DNA from: Somniosus microcephalus
Taxonomy: Eukaryota
NCBI GenBank assembly: GCA_052327205.1
Contig: CM126231.1
Location: 17,236,001-17,300,000 of the forward strand
Direction: 5' to 3'
DNA length: 64,000 nt
Shown: positions 1-14,277 of the stretch, in pieces
How positions within the stretch are numbered: the first letter of the stretch is position 1
Layout: each line of letters opens with the position of its first letter
The notes under the pieces: generated by a model
What the model saw: the letters and a program-made list of their open reading frames with translations, nothing else
Databases searched by the model: none
What the model was told of the DNA's origin: nothing
Program-made: the position numbers and the translations under genes

Positions 1-620
1 CGAGGCGGCTGCTGCTTGAACCCGGAAGAATTCAGGCCCAGGATGTGGAGGCCTCCCCAGTTCACTATTGTTCTAACTTTGAGATGAGTTCCTTCGCACT
101 GGAGGCAGTCCCAAAGATTTCTTGTAAATCACCAAGTGATGATGTTCGGTTTAGTTCTGAGGAAGGCGGGGGGGGGCACTCATTATTTTTCTTCCTTCTT
201 TCTGAAAGCGACGCTCCCAGTTAAACAGCACAGCGAGTGACTTCCTCCAAAGGCCTGCACTTTCCTGCTGTTGAACCAGCGGCTTTGTGTGGCCCCCTCC
301 CCCGAGGGGAGGCTCGGAGTCTCGAAGTGACCGGCCCCTCCCCCAAGGGGGGAGGCTCGGAGTGACCGGCCCCTCCCCCGAGGGGCAAACTCGGAGTGAC
401 TTGCCCCTCCCCCATTAGTTGCCCAGTGTGAATGCCCCTCCTTTCCCCCCCCCCAAAGTACACATGACTTTGCAACCACACCCCCTCCCCGAGGGCGATG
501 GTGTGACTTTTCCCTAGACATTGGCTGTACGAGTTCTCCGCCCTCCCCAGAGGCTGCGTGTGTGTCTCACCCCACTCCACCCCGAGTTGCCCAGCGTGAA
601 TGTTCCCCCTGGAGTGCAGT

Positions 621-839
621 GTGACTCCCACACACACGGGCTGTATGGGCCCCCACCCTGAGGAGTGCGAGGTGACTCCCACACACACACAGGCTGTATG
701 GGCCCCCACCCTGAGGAGTGCGAGGTGACTCCCACACACACACGGGCTGTATGGGCCCCCACCCTGAGGAGTGCGAGGTGACTCCCACACACACAGGCTG
801 TATGGGCCCCCACCCTGAGGAGTGCGAGGTGACTCCCAC
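621..839. repeat. Tandem repeat, ~51-55 bp unit, about 4 copies, with a variable internal (CA)n
   Basis: gtgactcc(ca)n-ggctgtatgggcccccaccctgaggagtgcgag recurs directly. Confidence 0.9.
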
Positions 840-1553
840 TGAGTTACCTTTGTCCTGTGAGTAAGTATTGGGCTTTCGCTCAGCAGCTGCCTGCCGGCCT
901 GGGAACAAACCCGTACTCAAACTATTGTGAACAGTGCTCAACCTGGCACCGACGCTGGGGAAATTCAACTATTTTGTTCCATCGATTATTTAGCTGGATT
1001 TAATTACATTAATCTGTTCAACAACAAAAAAAATCATGCTTTATTTTAATTGATAGTTGAATATTTAACTGTCTCCCGCGCCCCATCCTTCTGTCCTGAA
1101 AGTATTGACGCTTCGCCGGGACCCAGTTCCCAGGCACTGGTCGCACGCCATTATCCTGCCTGTGTGGCTGTGGCTGGTGCTGGCAAGTCCTCCGACTGTT
1201 GGGGGGCACCAGAGTCAAGCCCTCCCTGCTCCTCACCTGGCTGGCTCGCTGTCTACGGAGCCAAGCGATAAGGGATGAGAATCCTGAATAGATTTTTGCC
1301 TCTTCGGAGTCCAGGGCACTGAGGCCAACCGCAGTGCGTCCAGTGCCACCCCAGCCGAGATCGGCTGCCTCCGCACAGAGCAGCGATCGACCCGGGAACA
1401 GTTCTGGTCTGTGGAGACTTGTTTGCCTCAGCCTTCAGGATGATGCATGAAGATTTTTGTAGGTGCTCATTTACCCGTTTTCTCCCTTGCTCCCCCCCCC
1501 CCCTCCCCGCCAAGACAGCCACCAACAGACCACCTCTTAACCTAAAGTCATTC

Positions 1554-1835
1554 TGAACATTGAACATAGGAACAGGAGGCCATTCAGCCCCGCAAGCCTG
1601 TTCCGCCATTCAATGTGATCATGGCTGCTCTGTGAGCTAACTCCACATATCCCAAAATACCTTTGGCTGACAAAAATCTCTCAATCTCAGATTTAAAGTT
1701 AACAATTGACCCTAGCATCAGTTGCCGTTTGCGGAAGAGAGTTCCAAACCTCTACCACCCTTTGTGTGTCGAGGTGTTTCCCAGTGTTTAGGCTCTGTCC
1801 CCTAGTCCTAGGCTCCCCCAACCAGCGGAAATAGT
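1554..1835 (-). mobile_element. CR1 LINE 3' fragment
   Basis: Reverse complement of the CR1 3' terminus (gaacataggaacaggaggccattcagcccc...). Near-identical blocks occur at 13813. Confidence 0.75.
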
Positions 1836-2016
1836 TACCAGGCCATTTTTAGAGATTTAATGGTGCAGCCTACATGTGACTTGAATTCCAAGCAGGAAGG
1901 TGCCTGGTCCCCACTCGGGCCCCTCTCCACGGCAGACCGACGGCGCGCTCTTTCCTTTTTAATAAAATGAGGCTCTAAAGCACCGATTGATGAAAGAGAC
2001 TGCTCCTGTTTTATGA

Positions 2017-2178
<162 letters not shown>

Positions 2179-2918
2179 TGATGCTGCTCCTTTACCTGTA
2201 CCTTTTTCAGCCGCTTGGCGTTTGTATTTGACCCAATGTCTTGCTGTAATCTTGCCAAGTGTCTCTCGAGTTCATTACCAGACGTAGACAAAACTCCTGG
2301 TGGCTAAAGCAGAGTTTTCTGTCCTCGCCATGCTCCCACATATGGAGCTATGTAGTAATGAGAGTTAAAATGGAAGCTCTGTATTCTTACTGAAGCTAAA
2401 AATGGAGGGAGGAGTCAGGCTGCTTACAGGAAAACAGGCCAGATTGGCTTCTTTTCCCTTAGAGTTGTTTGAAAACGTACCTTATCCAAAGTGTTAACAA
2501 GTCCTGGGTAAACAACCAACAAGATCCCCGTGGAACTCCACCAGTTACTGCCTAAGTATTTTCCATTTGTCACCTCCCTCTGTCATCTGCAGTGAAGTCA
2601 GCTCTCATTCCATCTATCCAACGTGTCAACCCTTCTGTTAGCCTGAGCTTTCCTCGCCAGTCCTATACGAGGCAAACTCTCTGGTCTCCCTCGAATAGTG
2701 CCACAGGATCTTCTGCCAATGCCCGTAAATCTCCAATTCTATCACCTTGTATCTCCCAAATGTCAACCCGGGCTGGCTGCTCCGACAGCAGCCACGATAC
2801 CTCCACACCTCCTCTTGGATCCCAGATCATGCCTATTGGCTCCCAATGTTGCAAGCGAACCTCCTGACTACACTGCTCCATTCCCCTGTCTCGTGGTCCA
2901 CGATTCTGTCGGATGACG

Positions 2919-3080
2919 TGTCGGCCTTGGCTCAGTGGTAGTACTTTCGCGTCTTGAGTCAGTAGGTCGTGGGTTCAAGCCCCACTCCAGAACAGCGACT
3001 CAACTTTAGAAGTATTTTGTTGATTCTGAAGCGCTTTGGGACATCCTAAGGATGTGAAAGGTGCAATATAAGTGCAAGTG
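2919..3080 (+). mobile_element. tRNA-derived SINE (DeuSINE/SacSINE1-like), internally deleted
   Basis: A-box tggctcagtgg and B-box-like ggttcaagccc. The tail matches the copies at 5693 and 29276. Confidence 0.7.
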
Positions 3081-3099
3081 CTTTTTACTGGAAGTAAAA

Positions 3100-3780
3100 C
3101 CTTGTGCCTCCAACACCTATATCTAGATCATTAATAATAGTAAACAGCGACGGTCCTAACACGATCCCTGCGGGACAGCACTGGTGACCGGACTCCAAGC
3201 AGATCCAAATCCACCTACAACCACATTTGCCTAGGGGCTTTCAGCCAGTTCTCAATCCAGTGCAGTAGATTGCCACTAATGCATGAGACTTTTGTCTTGT
3301 AGAGAAGCCTCCTGTGTGTCAAAAGCTTTTTGGAAGTTTAGGTAGACAATATCTACCAGGTTTCCCTCATCCATTATCTTGGCGACTTCTTCAAAAAATA
3401 CAATCAAATTAGTCAGACAGGACCTCATTTTGAAGTCATGTTGGGTTTCCTTCTCTGATTAAGTAGTCATTGCATCCCTAATGATTCCCTCCAGCATCTT
3501 CTCCATTACTGACATCAAATTAATGGGCCTATAGTTACCCGGATCCGTCCTATCTTTTTTTAAAGATTGGGACTACATTAGCCTACTTCCAGTCTAAGGG
3601 AACAGTCCCAGAGTCCAGCGAGCTATTAAAGACACGAGCAAGGGGCTCATGCAGCACCTGTCCCATCTCCCCCAGAACCCTCGGGTGGATATCATCAGGA
3701 GAGGCTGCCACATCCATTTTAAGGTTTCTAATTCTATCTAAAACAATATGTTCATCTAGGTTAATAAATGTTATTGTTAA
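3100..3780 (-). mobile_element. Degenerate CR1 reverse-transcriptase fragment
   Basis: Minus-strand ORF 3583-3855 reads SPDDIHPRVL...SLDSGTVPLDWK, homologous to the ORF2 at 46942. Confidence 0.8.
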
Positions 3781-4002
3781 TAACATCATTGAATTCTGAC
3801 AATGGAGCATTATCTTCAATGAGGATGATCCAGTCACTACCTGACCTGGAGTCATGGTGCAGGGATGTAGGACCTCACTGCATTCGTTAACTGAGACTCA
3901 TGCTATAAATACAAGAAATTATTTATTTGATGATAGTCTCCGCAACAATGAGGATACATGACAAGTCCAGTAAAATCAAAATGACAGCCCCTTAACAAGA
4001 TG

Positions 4003-4410
4003 GACTCGCCGACCTACACTGGCTCCCGGTCTAACAACTACTCAATTTTAAAATCCTTATCCTTGTTTTCAAATCTCCCCATGGCCTCGCCCCTTCCTAT
4101 CTCTGTAACCTCCTCCAGCCCTGCAACCCTCCCAGATCTCTGCGCTCCTCCAACTCTGGCCTCTTGTGCATCCCCGATTTTAATTGCTCCAACGTTGGTG
4201 GCCGTGCCTTCAGCTCTGGAATTCCCTCTCGGAACCTCTCCGCCTCTCTTTCCTCCTTTTAAGATACCTACCTCTTCGACCAAGCTTTTGGTCATTGTTC
4301 TGCGATCTCGTTCTGTGCAAAAATGTTTCTATTGATATCGCCCTTGTTAAGTGCCTTGGGGCATTTTGCTATGTTAAATGCGCTATATAATAGATGTAAG
4401 TTGTTGTTGA
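4003..4410 (+). mobile_element. L2-clade LINE 3' fragment
   Basis: Encodes LADLHWLPV-like sequence, typical of the L2 ORF2 C-terminus, and has a gttgttg tail. It is the reverse-complement match of 56795-57230 and 44040-44585. Confidence 0.7.
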
Positions 4411-5692
4411 AGTCTGACATCTGAATGTTCACGTCCCATTTGTTTCACTCAGTCTCTGGGTGCAGAAGTTTGATGCAGTTGTTGAAGTGGGTTTTCAGCC
4501 TTTCTGTCTGGAATGGGCAGCACGTTGGCGCAGGTCCAAGTGGCTACGTGCCGGCCCGAGTCCGCAGTGTGTCCGCACGGCGAGCGCTTAGTCTTGAGTG
4601 CACCAAATGGGAGTGATGATGGGTTTTCCCTTGGAGGACAGAAGTGAATGAGCCAGGCCCCACGCTGCTCCCGCACAACTCCCGACACCAGGGGACCCGG
4701 GAGCAAGCCGGCTGCTAAACAGGGAATGGCGTGAAGCAAGGAAGGGAAATCTCTGTTCCAAAATTTCACATTAAAAAAAAAGCAGACACGTTTATCCAGT
4801 TTCATTACGATGTTTTTGACCACTTTATCTCTCTGGCTTTCCTCAAAACATAAGTGGTCAGAGTTTGGGCACTTTGCCAATTCAATACAGGATGTCAATT
4901 AAACCATTTCCACATCCATCAAAGTTATTATTAAATGCTTGCTTTGGTGGATACTAAACATTGTGTGACGCTCGTCTGAGACAGCAGAGCAATGGGTCAA
5001 TAGAACACTAATATCACTGCCAAACCTATTCCTTGACTTGAATGATATACGATGGAGCCCTAGTGTTCGTATAGTGCCTGCGTACCATCAGGTTTATCCA
5101 GTGAGGTTGCTGCTTCTCGGCTGCATGAAAGCAAAACAATGAACAATATTTTTTTTTAAGAAGGACCCTTCCATAAAATCACTGAGGGTGATTACACTGG
5201 GTGTAGAAAGCAGCCCTTCTTGACCGCTCTCTGGTGTACAGGACAGACTACCAGTCCATCCGTCCATCTCTCACGGTCCACCGCTGTAGTACTGCCCCAG
5301 ATTGGTTCCACGTCTGCCTACCCCAATGAAGCCAGCACATTTCCTGCGATGACTTCTCCTTGGTCCCTGCATGGTGTCCCTTCCTTTTTCTCATCTGCCT
5401 GCTACCCCTCAGCACTGTTGTTCTTCAGTGTGGGGGGGTTCAGATTTCACACGTATGCTGACTGCACCCAGCTCTTGCTCTCTGCCACCACCCTTGACTC
5501 CTCAAACACCACTCTCCAATGCCTAGATTTCAAAATCCTTGTCCTCCTTCAGGTCCTTCAGCCTTCTCCCTCCCTATTTCTGCCGGCTCCTTCAGCCCAT
5601 CTTCCTGCACGTGTCCTCCGCTCTTCCACCCCTACAACTCTCCTACCTTCAATAGAAGAGCACTCGGCCCCATTCACAGGATTGCTTCATCT

Positions 5693-6150
5693 AAAAAGAA
5701 AGACTTGCATTTATATAGTGCCTTTCACGCCCTCGGGACGTCCCAAAGCGTTTACAGCCAATGAAGTACTTTTTGAAGTGTAGTCACTGTTGTAATGTAG
5801 GGAACGTGGCAGCCAATTTGCGCACAGCAAGCTCCCACAAACAGCAATGTGATAATGACCAGATAAACTGTTATAGTGGTGTTGAATTGAGGGTTAAATA
5901 TTGGCCCAGGACACCGGGGATAACTCCCCTGCTCTTCTTCGAAATAGTGCCATGGGATCTTCTACGACCACCGGAGAGGACAGACGGGACCTCTGTTTAA
6001 CGTTTCATCCAAAAGATGGTGCAGCACTCCCTCAGCACTACACCGGGAGTGTCAGCCTAGCTTTATGTGCTCAAGTCTCTGGAGTGGGACTTGAATCCAC
6101 GACCTTCTGACTCAGAGGGGAGAGTGCCACCCACTGAGCCACAGCTGACA
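5693..6150 (-). mobile_element. Full-length tRNA-derived SINE (DeuSINE/SacSINE1-like)
   Basis: tRNA-like head at the right end (reverse A and B boxes). About 455 bp, collinear with 29276-29734. Confidence 0.8.
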
Positions 6151-7094
6151 CACAAACCCCTCCACTCTGCTGTCGCACTCCTTTCCTTCAAAAGCCTCCT
6201 CACAACCTAGCCCCTTGATCTTGCTTTCAATTGCTGCGTCTAATTCGTCACCCAGTGTTGTTTTCACTCCTGTGAAATGCTTTGGGAGATTTTGTGATAT
6301 TAAAGGCACTGTACAAGTGGCCTCGGTTTAACGTCTTGTCTGAAAGACAGCACCTCCGACAGTACTGCTCTGGTGTGTCCGCCTGGAGTTTATGCTCCAT
6401 TCCCTGGAGTGTCAAGGGAACAGCCTCTAGCTCGGGCGAAGGTGCTACTACTGAGCCATGGCCGACACCTTGCAGTCAACGATCTGATCGCGTCAGTTTA
6501 CCACCGGGCGGGTTTGGTTACAATTACCCCCAATATATCAATGAATCCATCAAACGAACTTGGTTTTGTCCAATGGTTCGACAGATAAATTGAGAGAGGT
6601 CTGATGACTTATGATGGTTCGAAATAGAGGCTCACTGTACCGATCCCTACCGTAACCCATTCCTTTCCAGCATCTCGGAACTGGGAAACTGTTCCACTCT
6701 CTCAACCTTCCCTTCTTCCAACAAGCTCATGGCTTTTAAAAGCTCAAGCGTGGCATCACCTGATCGCTACTTGTTCATTCATTGGGTTTTCGCTCCTATT
6801 CTTTCCATCGTTGGTCAGTGCGGCTCCGCCGTTGGCCACTGTGGACCTCTGCTTTCTCAATTAGAAAAGAAAAAGGATCCACTTGGAAATGGTTTCAGAT
6901 TTGGTTTTGAGGAACTCAAAAGGGTCAAGCAGCCCGAACTCAAAGGCACTGCACAGGTCAACCTCAACTGCAAGGCAAGGCAGCATCAGACAAAGACGTA
7001 AGGATTAGATATAGACACCAGCCGTCCTCCCTGAGGCCATAGAGAATACGAACAGAGATACATAGACACCAATATCGCCATCCTTGATCATTGG

Positions 7095-7497
7095 GGAATG
7101 GTAGCAGAATGGTTAGCTACTGGACTAGTAATCCAGAGCCTGGACTAATGATCTGGAGATATGAGTTCAAATCCCACCACAGCAGCTGGGGAATTTAAAT
7201 TCAGTTTATTAAATCTGAATAAAAAGCTAGTATCAGTAATGGTGACCATGTAACTACCAGATTGTCATAAAAAAAACATTTGGTTCACTAATGTCCTTTA
7301 GGGAAGGAAATCTGCCATTCTTACCCGGTCTGGCCTATATGTGACTCCAGACCCACAGCAATGTGGTTGACTCTTAACTGCCCTCTGAAATGGCCTAGCA
7401 AGACACTCAGTTGTATAAGGTGGCTCACCAGCACCGTCTCCAGGCGGATGTACATTGTCAGCGACGCCCACATCCCACGATTGAATTAAAAAAAAAT
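7095..7497 (+). mobile_element. tRNA-derived SINE, second family, with LINE-derived tail
   Basis: gtagcagaatggttag...gagttcaaatccc head and A-rich end. Related copies at ~10177-10320 and ~62700-62975. Confidence 0.7.
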
Positions 7498-7745
7498 CAG
7501 ATGTAGCATGGACCCGGGAGATCAGTAACATCAGGCCTGGTATGTCTTGCCTGTACTTGCTGCCTGGCAAAGTGCTGCTCACCTAGGCACTGAAAATAGA
7601 AGGGAAGAGGATTCATTTTTTTTTACATAGAATGTACAACACAGAAACAGGCCATTGCAAACAAAGCTGCACTTGCATTGTAATTCCAGCGTCAAGCTAC
7701 TTACTTGAATTGTGATATTATTTCTACAATTCAACTTCTAAATAG

Positions 7746-8054
<309 letters not shown>

Positions 8055-9415
8055 TAACGAGACATGGACTGTGACATTGATTGAAACTGAAAGCTTGGCG
8101 CTCGGGATTATCCAGTTGGTTAAGAGTGAAGTGTCTTTGCAAGTTTATCACCAGCTAGCCAGTGGCGTGGAGTAACCATGGGCCGGTGGGAATTGGGCTG
8201 GTGAGGGTGGGACAAGCAGCAAGCTCCCCCATGACGTTGCCAGTGTGAGGCCCTGGCGATCCTTATTCCCGGGACTACTTTTAATATGATTGATGGGCTG
8301 CCCGCCCAATTGTGTCGGGGAACGGTATCTTTTGGAGTGGGGTTGCGGGTTCACGTTAGCGGCTGCGCACTTGGGCTGAGTTGAGTGCCTTATCTCAGCC
8401 AGGCTACTAATGGGAGAGGCATTGAGAACGGAAGCAAGGCGCTTTCCCTTAGAAGGGGAGGGAAATATCGGAGGGTGTTTTGAGTCCCATCTCGTGGTGC
8501 TGTTTGTAACTTGTGAGAAACGTGCCACAGATATTACTGGAAGGACACCTGCCAAAGGTAGAGTCCTCCTCGTGCTCGGAATGGAGCTCAGTGCCCATAT
8601 GCAAACCACGGGTGGAAATCACCTGTGACATTGTCGCTTAAAGTAAAGAGCTCCTATAGTGGCCACTTTTCTGCCGAGACACCTCCTCAAACTGAGCCAG
8701 TCTGTCAGTTCTGCGTCAAGATAGGCATAACAGCTGTTAGGGCCAAGAGTACTGAAAGGGGCAAGATGGGGATTTACCCACATCCAATCTTCTCCCCTCG
8801 ATAACAAACGCTGTCTTCTAGCCATCACAGGACCAGTCTGCACACCTCGGCTCCTCAACTACAGAAACTGGACCCAAATACTATCTCTTACCCCACATAA
8901 AGATCGATATGTTCCTCCTTCTTTCTACAGCTGGTTGTAAGGGTAAACTTTACAAACGCACACGACGGGCAGAACCTTACCTGCTGGAAGCACGGAGCGC
9001 GAAACCGCTCCTCCCAGTTTTCCGCCCGTGAATGATTCCACTTCAGTAAAGAGGTCCAATAAAGTTCCTCCAGGACAGAAAGATACGGTGATCTTAACAT
9101 AGAGAATACTGAGCACAACCAATTGTACTTTTACACAGAGTTTGTGCTCGGCTCCACCCAAGCGCACGTCAGATTCCCAAGGCCCATGTTCCCTCCAGTA
9201 AAGTGGCAACTAGATGAATAAAATAATAGGAAATTTACTCTGTCTGATTGCAATGGAAGGCGAGGAGGACTGCATCTAAATGGGTCACGATCATGTTTGG
9301 GTTTTAGAAATGAAAACGTACGCCTGTTGAAGCTGCGAATGACCATCTATACTCCGAGTTAAACATTCACCTTTTGGTTTTAACCTTGTATGAAAAGTTC
9401 AGAACTGCTCTTTGA

Positions 9416-9562
<147 letters not shown>

Positions 9563-11555
9563 TGAAGGCAACTTGCTTTGACCAGCCGATACCCAAAGGG
9601 AGCACCTTAGTAATTCCTTTCCATCAAACATTAACAGTCACGCCACTCAACTGTCCCCCTATAATGGGAAGGTCCCAACATTACACAACCCCTCCGAGCG
9701 CAGTGAACAGTGGGGTGACAGACTCCAAGCCAGCAACTTCAGCACCACTGCCCCAATCATGGACCCGAATTGCACCCTTTCCCTGCACTGCAGGCCGAGA
9801 GGCACGCAAAAGCATGGTGTGTTTTGCTTTCATTTTGTTTCAGTGAATGTGATTGACATTATCGAGGGGATTTGAATGGCAGGCTGACTGTGCAAAGGAG
9901 CTGGCTGCCCAGCAGAGAAGCACTGGCTCCACTTAAACTGTGTGCTTATCAATTCAATTCTCTCTCGGCCCCCAGCCCAGTAAATCCTGCATGCCAGGAT
10001 TCCCCTGAGAATATCGGCACTCCTGGATAGGACAGAAACAAGCTGATGATTTAACCGCAGTCCTGATCTTAAGGCTCTCTTCACGGAGATCAAAGAGCTA
10101 AAATGGGACTTGGAAAAAAACTGGTTTTGCTCCAGCTCAGAAGCCCATCACCTTGCTCAGAACCTCCATGGATACGGTAGCATGGTGGTTATGGGACTGG
10201 ACGAACAACCCAAATGCCGCCACAGCAAGTTGTGAACTAGAACTGCAAATCTGGTCATTGTGCTGTAAAAACCCAACTGGCCTACATGTGACTCCAGTCC
10301 AACCCGATGGCCAATAAATGCTGCCTTGCCAGAGAATCCTCTTTAAAAAGTGCACACTCTCCCCATAGGTACGCATCCCACTCACCTAAGGCCGGAGAAC
10401 ACAGCCGCGAATAGGCATGAGGCAAGGAGCTTGGATTCCCCCTGAGCGTGCAGAGGAGGACCGCTTGAACTCAACTGGTTCAACTGGCACATCTTGCCAC
10501 CATAGAGCTCTGATGAGCTTCCCATTGCTTTGCCAACTAGGTCCACCCTAGGGCACGGGCTTAAACGTTGTCTGGAGCTGCAGTGGGAAGAATCCCAGTT
10601 CCCAGCAGCTGCTGGACCTTTCCAGCACCCATCAATGTGCCCTGTTGAGTGCTCAGTCATCGGCAATGCCTTGGAATACTGTGGACCGCCTTGCTTGATC
10701 AAGTCTGCCACAGGAGGGCCAATTTGTTCCCATTGCCAGGCTGGCTGCTATTGGAGCCAACTCAACCCAAAAGGAGATGCTGCTGATCTGCCCCTTCTGC
10801 CCTAGTTGGGCATTGGATAACTGACAAAGTGTGGGTCTGAGTCTTGATTCAATAGGAACTTCGAAGTAGGAAAAATGAAGTTGTTGATGGATTGAGTGTA
10901 ATTTGGCCAGCAACAGCGCTTGATTTAATAGTTACTGGCAGCGACAGCTTTGGTTCCACTTTATCTGTGAATAGGGATGTCTGTGAGGCTGCAGTCAAAC
11001 CAGTTTTTGCAACTTACTACAGAGAAATAAACAACTTCAGCCCTCTTTAAAGTCACTGAGCAGCGATCCGAGAGTCATCATCAGTAACATCACTGGGCGC
11101 AGGGGATAGATTTTACCACAAGTAATGCACTTCTTTCCAAATAGTGAATTATAATAGATAGTAACAAAAGTAAAGCACATTTTATTTTTTTTCTGCGTTG
11201 CCTCGTTCTCTTGCTTTGGCAAGTGGCCAGTCAGTGCAATAGAAAAATATAAATCCTTAGACACTGAAGGGAATCGTGTTTTTTTTACCATTGGGTTTGA
11301 TGCTGTGATTGTTTTCGGGGTAGATTACTTTCCTGTGGCAGTGCACTGGTTAATGCAGTCCTTGAGAATACTTTTACAACCCCGTTTATTTTAAACTAGA
11401 AATTACACCATACTTGGTGCGGACCAAGGGAGGAATGTCCTCACTCCTCCACTTAAGTAAAGAAGGAAACAAATGTTGTTAACTTGTGTGTAAAATACAT
11501 GCCATTTCTTGTAATTCTCTGCCAACTTTACCTCTGTTTTTCTGTCCCCTCCTAG

Positions 11556-11678
11556 TTTCCTTCCCCCGAGTGGGACACAGTTACTCCGGAGGCAAAGAAC
11601 CTCATCAACCAGATGCTGACGATTAACCCTGTCAAACGTATTACTGCCACCGAGGCACTGAAACACCCCTGGGTCTGT
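11556..11678 (+). CDS. CAMK2B: CaMKII beta coding exon ([41 protein letters not shown])
   Basis: cctAG acceptor, GTAAGT donor, 123 nt. Encodes the end of the kinase domain. Confidence 0.96.
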
Positions 11679-12136
11679 GTAAGTGTTCAACTGCCTGCGT
11701 TCCTCAGGAGAAGCTTTTAACCACCTCTTTCTTCATCACCATTACCCGGAAACCAAGCGCTCATTTAAAACACGTTTTAGTTTCAAAACGATATCGCTTT
11801 TGCCAGTGCTAAAACTTAGAAGGCAGAAAATGATGTGTTTACACAGAAGATTGATTGGATACAAACACCTCACGATTGTTTTTGAGGCCAATGATAGATT
11901 TCTGCCTGTGCACATTTCTTCCATCTGCTACATTTAATGTGGGTTGTCTGCGTGTACCTCCTGTGTTCACACTGCAAGGAATCGTGGGATAGCCGGTCAA
12001 CGGAGAAACAGTACTTGGATATTTTTGTGTGTTTTTTAGTGGGGTGGGGAACGAATGGGGAAATGTGTTCACAGTAAACCAAAATTATATTGAAGCAAGG
12101 GACGAGCTTTCAAAAAAAAATCTCGGTGAAGTTTAA

Positions 12137-12511
<375 letters not shown>

Positions 12512-12829
12512 TGAGGAACTTGTCCAGTCCCTTTTTTTTGAACCCTGTCATAATTCCTTATTGCCCACCCTCACTGCTGGTCTGGTCTGCATATTTCTCA
12601 CCCTTTCACTAAAAAAAATTGCCTGAATTTCCTTTTTTTTTGTGCCTCCCTTAATGTTAAATAAGGAGTCCTGTTCTTGAAGTTCTTATACAGCAGAAAA
12701 ACTTCTCCGTATCCATGTTCTTCAAATCTTCAATGTTAAATAATTCCATCAATTCACCCTCGGACTTCTCGAGAGCAAAGCCCCAGAGTAGCTGACCGCT
12801 CCCCCAGAGTTTGGACCTCTTAGTTCTGG

Positions 12830-13148
12830 AATAGTGCAGTAACAGTGGAGTGCTGCACTGTCGGAGGTGCCGTCTTTCAGAGGAGACGTTAAACCGTCTG
12901 CCCTCTCAGGTGAACGTAATAGATTGCATGGCACAATTTGAAGAAGAGCAGGGGAGTTCTCCCTGGTGTCCGGACTAAGATTTATCCCTCAACCAACGTC
13001 TCTAAAACAGATGATCTGGTCATTTATCAAATTGCTGTCTGTGGGCAAATGGCCGCCGTGTTTCCTACACTTCGAAAGTCCTTCGTTAGCTGTGAAATGC
13101 TTTGGGATGTCCTGAGGTGGTGAAAAGTGCTATATAAATGCAAGTTTT
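12830..13148 (+). mobile_element. 5'-truncated DeuSINE-like copy
   Basis: Reverse complement of the body and tail of 5693-6150. Confidence 0.7.
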
Positions 13149-13272
13149 GAAGTCCTTTTTTTTCTTTTGCTCAACTTAAACTGTTTGAACATGATGGTGC
13201 TTCCCTTTCTGTGATGTTTACTGATATTTAAATTGCTTACCTTGGCTGACCTCTTCCTTCTTTCCCATCTAG

Positions 13273-13315
13273 GGTGCCATTCTTACCACTATGTTAGCAA
13301 CACGGAACTTCTCAG
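13273..13315 (+). CDS. CAMK2B: CaMKII beta calmodulin-binding exon (GAILTTMLATRNFS)
   Basis: ctAG acceptor, GTAGGT donor, 43 nt, ends in phase 1. Contains the TT inhibitory sites. Confidence 0.95.
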
Positions 13316-13812
13316 GTAGGTTTAATGTAAACCCTTTGTTTTCAAAGCAGCCGACTCCCTCACTACTGCCACGGTCAGACGCCCGTTGGAACTCTGGCAT
13401 ACAAACTAATTGCGGGCTGTCGGAGCTTTTGGCGTCCCACCAATTTCATTTTGTCAAATTTATACCTGATGTGGCTTTTGATGTGAAGCTTTGTTGCAAA
13501 ATAAGGAGTGGAAAGACGTGTGATCCAAGTTTGGTAGTTTGTAGTCTAGATAACCCAACTAGCAATTGGTTTCTACATGAAGCAAAAATAGCTGCCTCGG
13601 AATAACCCAACGAGACATATGTCACATGGCGTTAAAAACTGGCGCAATGCGCAAATGCCGAAAATGGAAACCAAACCTTGTAGCGGTCAAGGTTTTCAAA
13701 GAGAGGTCCTAAGGTGCTTCCCAGATAGGTCAATGGAAACTGGACGTTGAGCAGGAAAAGGAGAGCTGAGGAGTGGGAAACCAAAAGCTTGATCAAAAAG
13801 ATGGGTTTGGAG

Positions 13813-14277
13813 GAACATAGGAACAGGAGGAGGCCATTTAGCCCCTCGAGCCTGTTCCGCCATTCAGTGAGAGCATGGCTGATCTGTGATCTAACTCCAT
13901 ATACCCGCCTTTGCCCCATATCCCTTAATACCTTTGGCTAACAAAAATCTATCAATCTCAGATTTATAATTAACAATTGATCTAGCATCAATTGCTGTTT
14001 GCGGAAGAGAGTTCCAAACTTCTACCACCCTTTGCGTGTAGAAGTGTTTCCTAATTTCACTCCTGAGAGGCCTGGCTCTAGTTTTTTAGACTACGCCCCC
14101 TAGTCCTGGACTCCCCAACCAGCAGAAGTAGTTTCTATCTACCCTATCTGTTCCCCTTAATGTCTTGAAAACTTTGATCAAATCACCTCATAACCTTCTA
14201 AATTCCAGGGAATAAAACCCTACTTTGTGTAATCTCTCCTTGTAATTTAGGCCTTGGAGTCCAGGTATCATTCGAGT
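13813..14277 (-). mobile_element. CR1 LINE 3' fragment
   Basis: Minus-strand translation TRMIPGLQGLNYKERL..GFYSLEFRRL, followed by the CR1 3' UTR. Confidence 0.85.

Noticed and set aside
183-968. Overlapping minus-strand ORFs of 99-189 aa
   Set aside because: They arise from GC-rich tandem repeats, with no recognisable domain.
2919-2990. Possible tRNA gene (also at 43067 and 60560-60631)
   Set aside because: A and B boxes are present, but the sequence continues into SINE bodies. No complete cloverleaf with a T-run terminator was evident.
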